Source: an uncultured bacterium
GTDB taxonomy: Bacteria > Verrucomicrobiota > Kiritimatiellia > CAIKKV01 > CAITUY01
DNA length: 64,000 bases
Direction: 5' to 3'
Assembly (NCBI GenBank): GCA_903908715.1
Contig: CAIVSY010000111.1
Span: forward strand, 58,655 to 122,654
The translations under genes and the position numbers were made by a program. This document shows, in pieces, positions 27,109 to 36,519 of this stretch (position 1 is its first letter; each line of letters begins with the position of its first letter). Under the pieces are notes generated by a model. The model searched no databases, was not told where the DNA came from, and saw nothing but the letters and a program-made list of their open reading frames with translations.

Positions 27109-29412
27109 CTATTGAACCTCCAGCCGTGTCAGCTCCGTCTGAATCTTGACCAGTTTATAGTACACTCCCTGCTTCTCCAGGAGCTGCTCATGGGTGCCGG
27201 CCTCAATCACACGACCTTCGTCGATGACAAAAATGTGGTCGGCATTCTTGAGTGTCGAGAGCCTGTGTGCAATGGCAATCGTTGTCCGGCCCCTGCACAG
27301 GGTTGTCAGGGCCTTCTGGATTTCCTGTTCCGACTCGGTATCCACCGAGGAGGTCGCCTCGTCGAGGATGAGGATCTTGGGATCGCACAGCAGGGCACGG
27401 GCAATGCTGATGCGCTGTCGTTCACCGCCGGAGAGGCCCGCCCCTTGCTCACCGAGCTTGGTGTCATATGCCAGCGGTCGGCGCGCAATGAAATCATGAG
27501 CGTTGGCGGCGCGTGCGGCGTTCAGGATGGCCAGTGGGGACGCATCGGGCCGGCCGTAGGCGATGTTCTCGGCAATGCTGGCGCGGAAAAGGAACGGTTC
27601 CTGCAGGACCAGGGCCATCTGGCGGCGCAGGTCCTGTTGCTTCATCTCTCGCACATCCACGCCATCCACAAGAATTTTCCCCTCCAGGGGGTCGTAGAAC
27701 CGGCACAACAGGTTCACCAGCGTTGTCTTGCCAGACCCGCTCTTTCCCACGATCCCGATAAACTGTCCGGGCTCGATGGTCAGCGAAACGTTCTTCAGAA
27801 CCGGCGCGTAGGGATCGTACCCGAACGTCACATTCCGGAACTCGATCCGCCCTTCCATATGGCTCACCGGGCGCGCATCCTTGGTCTCGACCACCACCAC
27901 CGTGGCATCCAGCACCTCAAATACCCGCTGCCCGGCCGAGAGAAAACCCGTCACCCAGTTGGAGAACATGCTCAAGGCCGAAATCGGCCCGTAGAACATC
28001 CCCATATACCCGAAGAAGGCCATCAGGGTACCCAGGGTGATCTTGTCCTGCAGCACCTCGCGCCCGCCCGCATACCAGATGATCAAGCCGCCTAACCCGA
28101 ATACAAAACCCATGATCGGGTTGAATGTCGCCACGCTGGTCTCGAGGGAACGACGGCTTTCCTGAAGATACCCCGCCGTTGCGCCGAAACGACGCCGCTC
28201 ACGGTCCTCCTGGCTGAAGGCCTTCACTAAACGGATACCCGACAGCAGGCCCGATAGCAATTGCGCCGTCTTGGACTGACTGTCCCAGACCTTGTAGTAG
28301 CGGGGATAGATATGACGCCAGAAGAACGTGGTACCAACCACCACGAAGGGAATGGGCAGCAATACCAGCAATGCCAGCTTCCAGTTCATGAAGAACAACA
28401 TGCTGCCGATACCCAGAACCAGCATCATGTTGAGCATGAACCCTTGCGCCACCTGCGTCACAAATCCCTGGAAATAGTCGACGTCCCACAACACCCGGCT
28501 CATCAGACTTCCCACGGAATGACGGTTGTAATACTCCACCGCCAGGCTCATGAGTTTCGCCTGCAGCTTTTCCCTCAACTCCTTTGTGATCCGGGTCCCG
28601 ATCACACTGGTGGTCCGCCCGATGAAGATGTTCAGCAGGCAGCGTCCGCCCGATGCCACCACCAGGCCCAACAGGATCATCAGCAGGATGCGAACACTCT
28701 CCGCTCCCGAAAGAGGCTCCGCGCCCGGCTCCGGCTTGAGGACCCTGTCCACCATCGTCTTCTGCAGGAATGGCGGCAGCAGATCCAGGCATACCCCGGC
28801 GATCATCACCAGGAACAACAGGAGAATACTCGGCCAATAGGGCCGCATGAGCCCCAGGGTGCGGGCGAAGATTCCACGCCCGCCGCGGCATCGCGGACAC
28901 TGCGCCTTGCGGCCAGGCAAAGGCAGGCCGCATTGCTCACACCGCATATCACTCTGAGCCGACAACGCGGATTCCGGCAAAGGCTGCCCCTCAATCCGCC
29001 TCTGGATGTGGCGGGCCACCCGCCCGAACAACTCGCGCTCGGCATTACTGAATCGCGCCACATCCACGTACAGGCCATCCATCTTGACCTGCAGGAAGGC
29101 GCTGCCGACCTTCTGGTACGACCGGACTTTCTGGATATCCTTCAGGAGGAAAGGCCCTACAGGCGACTCCCGGGGCTCACCGGCCTTGAGCGCCGCAATC
29201 CGGTCCTCCGCCACCAGAGTCCACACCTCGGCTGGTTCACCTGCCAGATCCAGATCGCTGCGAACGGCAAACAAGAGTGCCTGGTCCGAAAACCCGAGGG
29301 AAAAAGCCTGCTCCCGTACCCCATCGGGAATCCGGCGGAAACAAAGCACGGCAGGGATCCCCTGCTCTTTACTTGTCATGATTGTCATCCCCTCCCTGCC
29401 TCTCCATGCCAC
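27109..29412 (-). CDS. ABC exporter, fused permease and ATPase (MsbA-like), with a roughly 170-aa N-terminal cytoplasmic extension
   Basis: 767 aa. Six-TM exporter domain, Walker A GKSGSGKTT, signature LSGGERQRISIARALL and Walker B ILILDEATS. The N-terminal extension carries CEQCG…CPRCRG (a zinc-ribbon-like four-Cys motif). Confidence 0.85.
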   Translation of the reverse strand: MAWRGREGMTIMTSKEQGIPAVLCFRRIPDGVREQAFSLGFSDQALLFAVRSDLDLAGEPAEVWTLVAEDRIAALKAGEPRESPVGPFLLKDIQKVRSYQKVGSAFLQVKMDGLYVDVARFSNAERELFGRVARHIQRRIEGQPLPESALSAQSDMRCEQCGLPLPGRKAQCPRCRGGRGIFARTLGLMRPYWPSILLLFLVMIAGVCLDLLPPFLQKTMVDRVLKPEPGAEPLSGAESVRILLMILLGLVVASGGRCLLNIFIGRTTSVIGTRITKELREKLQAKLMSLAVEYYNRHSVGSLMSRVLWDVDYFQGFVTQVAQGFMLNMMLVLGIGSMLFFMNWKLALLVLLPIPFVVVGTTFFWRHIYPRYYKVWDSQSKTAQLLSGLLSGIRLVKAFSQEDRERRRFGATAGYLQESRRSLETSVATFNPIMGFVFGLGGLIIWYAGGREVLQDKITLGTLMAFFGYMGMFYGPISALSMFSNWVTGFLSAGQRVFEVLDATVVVVETKDARPVSHMEGRIEFRNVTFGYDPYAPVLKNVSLTIEPGQFIGIVGKSGSGKTTLVNLLCRFYDPLEGKILVDGVDVREMKQQDLRRQMALVLQEPFLFRASIAENIAYGRPDASPLAILNAARAANAHDFIARRPLAYDTKLGEQGAGLSGGERQRISIARALLCDPKILILDEATSSVDTESEQEIQKALTTLCRGRTTIAIAHRLSTLKNADHIFVIDEGRVIEAGTHEQLLEKQGVYYKLVKIQTELTRLEVQ

Positions 29413-29464
29413 GAACTGCAGGAGGAACGGCCGGAGGTTACAACGGATTACACAGGACCCGGGT

Positions 29465-30421
29465 TCACTTCGCCGACTTGAGCATCACCCGGACGTCTTC
29501 CAACTTGCCGGCGCTGCCGAGCTTGACGTTCTTTTCCGCGATGAACTTGGCGTATTCCTTCATGAACACCTTGCCCGGGGGGCGCAGGTCGAAATTCTTC
29601 GGATCGTCACGGAATGACTCGCGATGCACGCGGCACCACACCAGCCGGCCGTCGGTATCGATGTTGATTTTGGTAACGCCCAGCGTCGCCGCGCGCTTGA
29701 ATTCGTCGGCATTAACACCCTTGGCGCCCTTGAGTTGGCCGCCGGCAGCGTTGATGCGGGCCACTTCGTCCTGCGGAACACTGCTGGAACCGTGCATGAC
29801 CAGTGGGAATCCGGGCAACCGCTTCTGGATCGCCGCCAGAACATCAAAGTGCAAGCCCTGCGAACCCGAGAACTTGAAGGCTCCATGGCTCGTGCCAATT
29901 GCACAGGCCAGGCTGTCGCACCCGCTCTTCTTGACAAACTCCTCCGCCTGCGCCGGATCGGTCAGCTTGGCATCGGCTTCCGCCACGGAAACGTGCTCCT
30001 CCACGCCGCCCAGCTTGCCCAACTCGGCCTCCACGCTGATCCCGCGCGCATGCGCCGCATCCACGACCCGCTTGGTAATCTCAATGTTCTTTTCAAACGG
30101 CTCGGCGCTGGCATCAATCATCACAGAACTGTAGAACCCGCTCTTGATGCAATCCATGCAGGTTTCCTCGTCACCATGATCCAGATGCACCGCGAAAATC
30201 GCATCCGGGAAGATCTCGTCGGCCGTCCGGATCATGGCCTCGAGCATCTTCTTGTTCGTGTAGGAGCGGGCTCCCTTGGACAACTGGATGATGAACGGGG
30301 CCTTGCTGTCGATATTCCCCTGGAACAGACCCATCGTCTGCTCCAGGTTGTTGATGTTATAGGCGCCAATCGCATACTTGCCATACGCATGGCTGAACAA
30401 CTGCTTCGTCGCGACAATCAT
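29465..30421 (-). CDS. fba: Fructose-bisphosphate aldolase, class II
   Basis: Start trimmed to ATG 30421 (AGGAGA ribosome-binding site). 319 aa. Class II FBA motifs (HLDHG, GTSHG, zinc ligands). Confidence 0.85.
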   Translation of the reverse strand: MIVATKQLFSHAYGKYAIGAYNINNLEQTMGLFQGNIDSKAPFIIQLSKGARSYTNKKMLEAMIRTADEIFPDAIFAVHLDHGDEETCMDCIKSGFYSSVMIDASAEPFEKNIEITKRVVDAAHARGISVEAELGKLGGVEEHVSVAEADAKLTDPAQAEEFVKKSGCDSLACAIGTSHGAFKFSGSQGLHFDVLAAIQKRLPGFPLVMHGSSSVPQDEVARINAAGGQLKGAKGVNADEFKRAATLGVTKINIDTDGRLVWCRVHRESFRDDPKNFDLRPPGKVFMKEYAKFIAEKNVKLGSAGKLEDVRVMLKSAK

Positions 30422-30608
30422 ATTCTCCTGCCTTCCTTGCGTTAAATAAATCGGGTGACCCCGGCGACTCCTTCCGCCGGAGAAGAAACGATACTGTAGA
30501 GCATGCCGCCTGTACGTCAACAACATATTCCCGCGCTCCACCAGCCTGCTTTTCCTGTTGCCAATCCTCCGTTTCTCTTGGCACCCTGATCTCCTGACAG
30601 GGAGAACC

Positions 30609-31451
30609 ATGAGCACAACCGTTTCCCATCCGATTCCCGCCCGCGGAAACCTGTTCCACAGGACTTCCATGTTGCTCGGCCACCCGGCCATGCAGGCCCT
30701 GGCAAAGACCCGCGTGGCGCTCTTTGGGGTTGGCGGCGTCGGCAGCTGGGCCGCCGAGGCGCTGGTCCGGTCCGGCGTGGAACATCTCCTGCTGGTGGAT
30801 TCGGACTGCATCTGCTCCACCAACGTCAATCGCCAGATCCAGGCGACGGCCCTTAACACCGGCATGTCCAAGGTCGAGGCGTTGCGCCTCCGCCTGCTGG
30901 AGATCAACCCCCATGCGGCGATCGCCACACACCATGGCGCCTATAACGAACATACCGCCAACCAGTTCACCCTCGCGGAATTCGATTACGTTCTCGACGC
31001 CATCGACAGCCTGAAAAACAAGGTTCTCCTGATCCAGCGCACCCTTGAGGCCGGGGTGCCCTTGTACGCCTCAATGGGTGCCGCCGCCAAACTGGACCCC
31101 ACCCTGGTCCGGGTCGCCCCCCTTGCAAAAACCCGGATCTGCCCCCTCGCCCGAATGGTCCGGAAACGGCTGCACCGCCTCGGTGTTCCCTGCGATTTCC
31201 CCTGCGTCTACAGCGAGGAAATGCCCTTGACCCCGGCCGCCGAGTCGCTCTGCGGAACCGGCCGGTGCGCCTGCTCCCGGAAGCCGACCGGGGCCACGAA
31301 AGGCGATGGCGATTCGGCAGATCCCGACTGGTGCGCCTTGAAAAGGCAGATCAACGGAACGGTTGTGCACGTGACCGCTGTTTTCGGGCTGACCCTGGCC
31401 AGCCTCGTCATCCGCGATATTGCCGGGAAACACCCGCCCCGCCAGGCGTAA
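30609..31451 (+). CDS. tcdA: tRNA threonylcarbamoyladenosine dehydratase (ThiF/MoeB-type E1-like, TcdA/CsdL)
   Basis: Start at ATG 30609 (GGAGAA ribosome-binding site). Rossmann motif LFGVGGVGSW and TcdA-type organisation without ThiS or rhodanese parts. Confidence 0.75.
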   Translation: MSTTVSHPIPARGNLFHRTSMLLGHPAMQALAKTRVALFGVGGVGSWAAEALVRSGVEHLLLVDSDCICSTNVNRQIQATALNTGMSKVEALRLRLLEINPHAAIATHHGAYNEHTANQFTLAEFDYVLDAIDSLKNKVLLIQRTLEAGVPLYASMGAAAKLDPTLVRVAPLAKTRICPLARMVRKRLHRLGVPCDFPCVYSEEMPLTPAAESLCGTGRCACSRKPTGATKGDGDSADPDWCALKRQINGTVVHVTAVFGLTLASLVIRDIAGKHPPRQA

Positions 31452-31489
31452 TGCCGCGGGGCTGCAACGGTCCCAGGATGGACCGGCTC

Positions 31490-32620
31490 CTAGACGGCCG
31501 GAACCTTCATCGGCGTGCCGCCCGACCGCAGGGACAGTGTGGCCTGGCATCCCGTAGCCACGGCCATCCGGGCCGCCTCCGGAGTGGCGGTCGTCTTACC
31601 GCCATGCCGGGCAAACTGCAGGAATTCCTTAACGATGACCGGGTCTGCGCCGCCATGACCCCCATCATCCGCCTTGTCGCCCCGATGCACTTCATCCCCG
31701 ATGATCCGGTAATGATCCGCACGCTGGTTCCACAGGAAGATGGGGCTGTCAGGCCCGTCCCCGAGGTTCTCCATCCGCCCCTCGGTTCCGATGAGGGTGT
31801 AGTTCCGGCAGGAATCCGGAGTAAAATGGCATTGCAGATAAGAGCCGACAATGCCGTTCTCCATTTCCATGATCACGGCACTCTGGTCTTCCACGTCGAT
31901 CTTCGGGCTGAACCCCTTCTGCTTGAGAGGCGGCCAGTGTGCGCTGTTGAACATCGCATTACCCAGTTCCGACTCCTTCCGCCGCCCGCAGCGGTTATAG
32001 ACCGAGAGATTCCCGAACGCGGATACGCGCTTGCTGTAAGACCCCGTCAGCCAGTGCATCATGTCGATGTCGTGGGCGCCCTTCTGCAACAACAGGCCCG
32101 TGCTGTACCGGCGCTCGGAATGCCAGTCGCGGAAATAGGCGTCCCCGCCGTAGGAAACGAAATGACGGCACCAGATGGTCCTGACTTCGCCGATCGCACC
32201 CTTATCAACCAGTTCCTTCATCTTCCGGAAAATAGTCATGTACCGCATGTTGTGCCCGACAAACAGCCGCGCCTTCCTCTCCTTCGCCTTGCGCAGCAGC
32301 CGGTCGCAACCCTTGATGGTGATCGCCATGGGCTTTTCCAGGTAGACCGCGATACCCCGTTCCAGCGAAGCCACCCCTTGCTCCTCATGCAGGAAATCCG
32401 GGGAGGTGACAAACACCGCATCGAGATCCATAGCCAGCAGGTCCTGATACTTGCGTGTGGCGAAAACATCCTTCCCGTACCATTCCCTCCCGGCTTCCAA
32501 CGCCTTGGGATTCACATCACAGCATGCCACAACCCGGGAGCCCTGCCCCGGCTTGTGCGCATGACGCGCCAGTTGACCCCGCCCGCCGGTTCCAATGACT
32601 CCAATGCGCAGATCCTTCAT
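31490..32620 (-). CDS. Gfo/Idh/MocA family NAD(P)-dependent oxidoreductase
   Basis: Start at ATG 32620 (AGGAGA ribosome-binding site). IGVIGTGGRG Rossmann motif and EKP motif (YLEKPMA). Confidence 0.8.
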   Translation of the reverse strand: MKDLRIGVIGTGGRGQLARHAHKPGQGSRVVACCDVNPKALEAGREWYGKDVFATRKYQDLLAMDLDAVFVTSPDFLHEEQGVASLERGIAVYLEKPMAITIKGCDRLLRKAKERKARLFVGHNMRYMTIFRKMKELVDKGAIGEVRTIWCRHFVSYGGDAYFRDWHSERRYSTGLLLQKGAHDIDMMHWLTGSYSKRVSAFGNLSVYNRCGRRKESELGNAMFNSAHWPPLKQKGFSPKIDVEDQSAVIMEMENGIVGSYLQCHFTPDSCRNYTLIGTEGRMENLGDGPDSPIFLWNQRADHYRIIGDEVHRGDKADDGGHGGADPVIVKEFLQFARHGGKTTATPEAARMAVATGCQATLSLRSGGTPMKVPAV

Positions 32621-32796
32621 GATTCTCCTCTGGAATAGGTTCACATAACAAGTGCCGTCATCGAACCACACACACGTCCGGTAATCCAGAAAAAACCTGC
32701 TTTCCGCAACGCCTGCGCTCCTTGCCGACTGTCTTCGCACTTGCGCCAAGATCCAGCCGGGTGTACATACAAAGGCACAACCAACGAGGTGTTCCA

Positions 32797-34644
32797 ATGG
32801 CATCACGAATTACCCCCACCGGCCACACGGACGGCGAACGGCAGGAGATCGCCGGCTCCACCAAGCCCCTGCTGTTCGAAATCGCCTGGGAAGTCTGCCA
32901 GCAGCTGGGCGGCATCTACACCGTGATCCGGTCCAAGGTACCCAGCATTGTCGAGCACTGGGGCAGCCGCTATTGCCTTGTGGGCCCGTATAACCCGCAG
33001 ACGTCCCCGACCGAATTCGAGGAAGCGCAGCCGACCGGGATCCTGCGCGACACGATGAATATCCTGCGCGAACAGGGCATTGAGGCCCATTACGGCCACT
33101 GGCTGATCACCGGACGCCCGCGCGTGATCCTCCTGAACCCGGAATCCGTCCGGCCCGCCATGGGCTGGGTGAAATACCTGCTCTGGGAGCATCACGACAT
33201 CAGTCTCCCTGCGGACGATGCACTGATCAACCAGGTTGTATCCTTCGGGCACTGCGTGGAACACCTGTTCCGCGCAGTGGCGCGGGTGCAAACGGCCCGC
33301 CGCCCGATCATCGCCCACTTCCACGAGTGGATGGGGGCCTCCGCCATTCCGGAAGTCCGCCGCGCGGAAATTCCCGTTTCCATCGTCTTCACCACTCATG
33401 CCACCCTTCTCGGCCGTTATCTGGCCATGAATGACCCGTGGTTCTACGACCATGTGCCGTTCGTGGACTGGCTGGCAGACGCGCGGCGCTTCAACATCGA
33501 GGCGCAGGTTCGCATCGAACGGGCTGCCGCCCATGGATGTCATATCTTCACCACGGTGAGTGAGATCACAGGCTACGAATGCGAGCACCTGCTGGGACGG
33601 AAACCGGATGTCCTGCTGCCGAACGGCTTGAATATCGAGCGGTTCGTCGCCCTGCACGAGTTCCAGAACCTCCACCGGGTCTACAAGGAGAAGATCAACG
33701 AGTTCGTGATGGCCCACTTCTTCCCCAGCTACTCGTTCGATCTGGACCGGACTCTCTATTTCTTCACCTCGGGCCGCTTTGAATACCGCAACAAGGGGTT
33801 CGACCTGACCCTCGAGGCGCTGGCACGCCTGAACTGGCGCATGAAACAGTCGGGCACCAACAAAACAGTCGTGTTCTTCATCATCACCCGCCAACCAATC
33901 CGCTCCATCAACGCCGAAGCCCTCCGCCGCCGTGCCATGATGCAGGAAATGCAGCACGACTGCCGCGCCATCGCCGACCAGATCGGCGAGCGCCTGTTCG
34001 TCGCCACATCCACCGGAAAGTTCCCGGCCATGGAGGAACTCGTCGACGACTACTGGCGCCTGCGGCTCCGCCGCCTGATGCACGTCTGGCGTTCCTCCAG
34101 CATGCCCACGGTCGTCACGCATGACCTGATGGATGACAGCCGCGACGAAATCCTGAACCAGATCCGCTCCTGTTCCCTCATCAACCTGCCCGGCGACCCC
34201 GTGAAGGTGGTCTACCACCCGGATTTCGTCACCACGAACGACCCCCTGTTCGGTATGGACTATGACCAGTTCGTGCGCGGATGCCATCTGGGAATATTCC
34301 CCAGCTCCTACGAGCCATGGGGGTACGCTCCTCTGGAATGCGCCGCCCTCGGCCTGCCGTCCATCACCAGCAACCTGGCCGGCTTCGGCAATTACGTGGA
34401 GCACAACATTCCCGACAATGTCCGGAACGGGATGCTGGTGCTGAACCGGCGCTTCAGCGCGTTCGACGAATCGGCCAACGCGCTGACCCAGATGATGTTC
34501 GACTTCCTGCAGATGGACCGCAGGGAGCGAATTGCCCAGCGGAACCGCGTGCAGAACGTGTCCGAACAGTTCGATTGGCACCAGTTGGGAAGCCATTACG
34601 CCGAGGCGTACACTCAGGTGCTCACGCGCAGCGGACAGGACTGA
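32797..34644 (+). CDS. Glycogen synthase, eukaryotic-type (GT3 family)
   Basis: N-terminal LLFEIAWEVCQQLGGIYTVIRSKVP…LVGPYNP. This aligns with the hallmark N-terminus of animal/fungal glycogen synthases (LFEVAWEV…GGIYTV). 615 aa. Confidence 0.8.
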   Translation: MASRITPTGHTDGERQEIAGSTKPLLFEIAWEVCQQLGGIYTVIRSKVPSIVEHWGSRYCLVGPYNPQTSPTEFEEAQPTGILRDTMNILREQGIEAHYGHWLITGRPRVILLNPESVRPAMGWVKYLLWEHHDISLPADDALINQVVSFGHCVEHLFRAVARVQTARRPIIAHFHEWMGASAIPEVRRAEIPVSIVFTTHATLLGRYLAMNDPWFYDHVPFVDWLADARRFNIEAQVRIERAAAHGCHIFTTVSEITGYECEHLLGRKPDVLLPNGLNIERFVALHEFQNLHRVYKEKINEFVMAHFFPSYSFDLDRTLYFFTSGRFEYRNKGFDLTLEALARLNWRMKQSGTNKTVVFFIITRQPIRSINAEALRRRAMMQEMQHDCRAIADQIGERLFVATSTGKFPAMEELVDDYWRLRLRRLMHVWRSSSMPTVVTHDLMDDSRDEILNQIRSCSLINLPGDPVKVVYHPDFVTTNDPLFGMDYDQFVRGCHLGIFPSSYEPWGYAPLECAALGLPSITSNLAGFGNYVEHNIPDNVRNGMLVLNRRFSAFDESANALTQMMFDFLQMDRRERIAQRNRVQNVSEQFDWHQLGSHYAEAYTQVLTRSGQD

Positions 34645-34795
34645 GAAGCTATCGGACCATCAATCATTCCCCATCCTCCCCTCATCTCAGTTCCAAAACA
34701 GTTCCCATGGCGGGCGCGAGTTCATACAGCCCCATATCCACCCGCCAGTAAGGACATCAGCCGGAACGACTCAGTTCAAACCACCCTCACCCCAG

Positions 34796-34818
34796 CCCTC
34801 TCCCGTCAAGGGAGAGGG
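34796..34818 (+). other. Perfect 9-bp GC-rich hairpin (CCCTCTCCC-GTCAA-GGGAGAGGG) without U-tract
   Basis: Lies in the 304-nt non-coding gap between the glycogen synthase and the response regulator. Confidence 0.4.
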
Positions 34819-34909
34819 AATTGTGAATCCTTGTGAGGCTCCATCGGTTTCGAGCATTTTCCCCGCTCATTCCCGTTCAGGAATACGCTTTACCTTCCAC
34901 AAGGCTAAC

Positions 34910-34918
34910 TGGTATAGT
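34910..34918 (+). promoter_or_regulatory. Extended -10 element TGgTATAGT upstream of the LuxR-type regulator
   Basis: TGnTATAGT about 30 nt upstream of ATG 34949. Confidence 0.35.
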
Positions 34919-34948
34919 TTGCGTCCATTTTTTCAACGAAAAGATTTA

Positions 34949-35602
34949 ATGCCCAACCCCCGGAAAATCACAGTCCTGCTCGTGGACGACCATCAACTGG
35001 TCAGGGAGAGCTGCCGGGAAATCCTTTCCAAGGAGCCAGACATGGAGGTCATCGGCGAGGCCTCAGACGGCCTGATGGCCGTCGAATTGGCCCAGGAATT
35101 GCAACCCGATGTAGTCGTCATGGATGTAACCATGCCGCATATGGGCGGCATCGAAGCCACACGCCTGATCCGCGAAGCTCTTCGTCACACCATCGTCCTG
35201 GCCTTGTCCATGCATACGAATCCGGGCATGATCTGCGCCATCCTTAATGCTGGAGCCGCCGGCTATGTGAGCAAGACCTGCCGATCGAGCGAATTGCCCG
35301 CCGCCATCCGCATCGTGACCCAGGGGGGGACCTACGTGGATGATTCCGTCGCAATGGCAGTCGCCACCGAAAAGGAAAGAAAAGGAGGACAAGCCCCCTT
35401 CCTCTCCATGCTTACGGAACGCGAAAGGGAAGTCCTGCGGCTGCTTGCCGACGGCAATAGCGCCGAGATGATCGCCCGGAAACTCGATATCAGCGAAAAA
35501 ACCGTGTTTTCACACAGGAAAAACCTGACACGAAAGCTGGGTATCGAGACGATCGCCGAACTGACGAAATTGGCCATACGGGAAGGCCTGATAACCATCT
35601 AA
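34949..35602 (+). CDS. Two-component response regulator, NarL/FixJ (LuxR) family
   Basis: 217 aa. Receiver domain (VLLVDDHQLVRE, phospho-acceptor D in VVVMDVTMP) and a C-terminal LuxR helix-turn-helix (LTEREREVLRLLADGNS…IA). No cognate kinase adjacent. Confidence 0.85.
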   Translation: MPNPRKITVLLVDDHQLVRESCREILSKEPDMEVIGEASDGLMAVELAQELQPDVVVMDVTMPHMGGIEATRLIREALRHTIVLALSMHTNPGMICAILNAGAAGYVSKTCRSSELPAAIRIVTQGGTYVDDSVAMAVATEKERKGGQAPFLSMLTEREREVLRLLADGNSAEMIARKLDISEKTVFSHRKNLTRKLGIETIAELTKLAIREGLITI

Positions 35603-35606
35603 ACCG

Positions 35607-36497
35607 TCACGGGGCCGAAGGCAGAACGGACTTCTCGGGCAGCAAGCCCTCCCGCAGGATGGCAAGATTACGTTCCATGGCCTGTATATAGGCGTCCGCC
35701 CGAATCGGTCCCGTCACCACAGGATCCAGCATCAAAACCTTGGCCCCCGTCTCACCCGCAATAACCTTCGCGGATCCGGACGGGAATTGAGGCTCCGCAA
35801 AGATCGCCCGTATCCTTTTCGCCCGCACAGTCTGGATGGTCTTCTTCAACTCCTGCGCTCCAGGTTCCGACCCAGGATGCCGCTGAACAACAGCGGCAAT
35901 CTTGAAACCGAATTCTGCCGCAAAATACGGAAAGGCGTCATGGAAGGTGACAATATTCTTTTGTTGTATCTCATTGACATCCTTTAAGAAACGCTTTCTC
36001 AAACTATCCAGTCGTTGCATATAAGCCGTAGCATTTTCCGCATACCGATCCGCATGGTCAGGGTCGGCCGCGGCCAATCCTTCGGCAATCCGCCTTACCT
36101 GACGCATATGCAATGCAATCCCAAGCCAAACATGCGGATTGACCTCCCCTTCGCCCATTATCGGCTCGATCCCCTCGCTTGCGTTAATGACCTTCACATT
36201 CCCAAGGCGGCTCATCGGCTCATCAAGAAACGAATCCGCACCCATCCCGTTACATATAACGACATCCGCCTTGGATAAACGGACCATATCGTCTGCCGAA
36301 AGGCTGAAGTCATGCAAACACCCCCCATCCGGCGGCGCCAAACACTGCACCTTCAAGTCCGGGACCCCTGCGACAACATTAAGGGTGGCAATGTGGATCG
36401 GATAAAGGCTTGTGATGACCTGCATCTCCCTCCCTGAGCACTCCACCCCGATAAGAATCATCAGCACCCAAAAGAACCAGTTCCTGAGTCTCTGCAT
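35607..36497 (-). CDS. Metal ABC transporter substrate-binding protein (ZnuA/TroA cluster A-I)
   Basis: 296 aa. N-terminal signal/TM segment, His ligand contexts (PIHIA, NPHVWL, TFHDAFPYF). No permease or ATPase gene adjacent. Confidence 0.75.
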   Translation of the reverse strand: MQRLRNWFFWVLMILIGVECSGREMQVITSLYPIHIATLNVVAGVPDLKVQCLAPPDGGCLHDFSLSADDMVRLSKADVVICNGMGADSFLDEPMSRLGNVKVINASEGIEPIMGEGEVNPHVWLGIALHMRQVRRIAEGLAAADPDHADRYAENATAYMQRLDSLRKRFLKDVNEIQQKNIVTFHDAFPYFAAEFGFKIAAVVQRHPGSEPGAQELKKTIQTVRAKRIRAIFAEPQFPSGSAKVIAGETGAKVLMLDPVVTGPIRADAYIQAMERNLAILREGLLPEKSVLPSAP

Positions 36498-36519
36498 CCT
36501 TCACATGCCTTTCCGCTCT

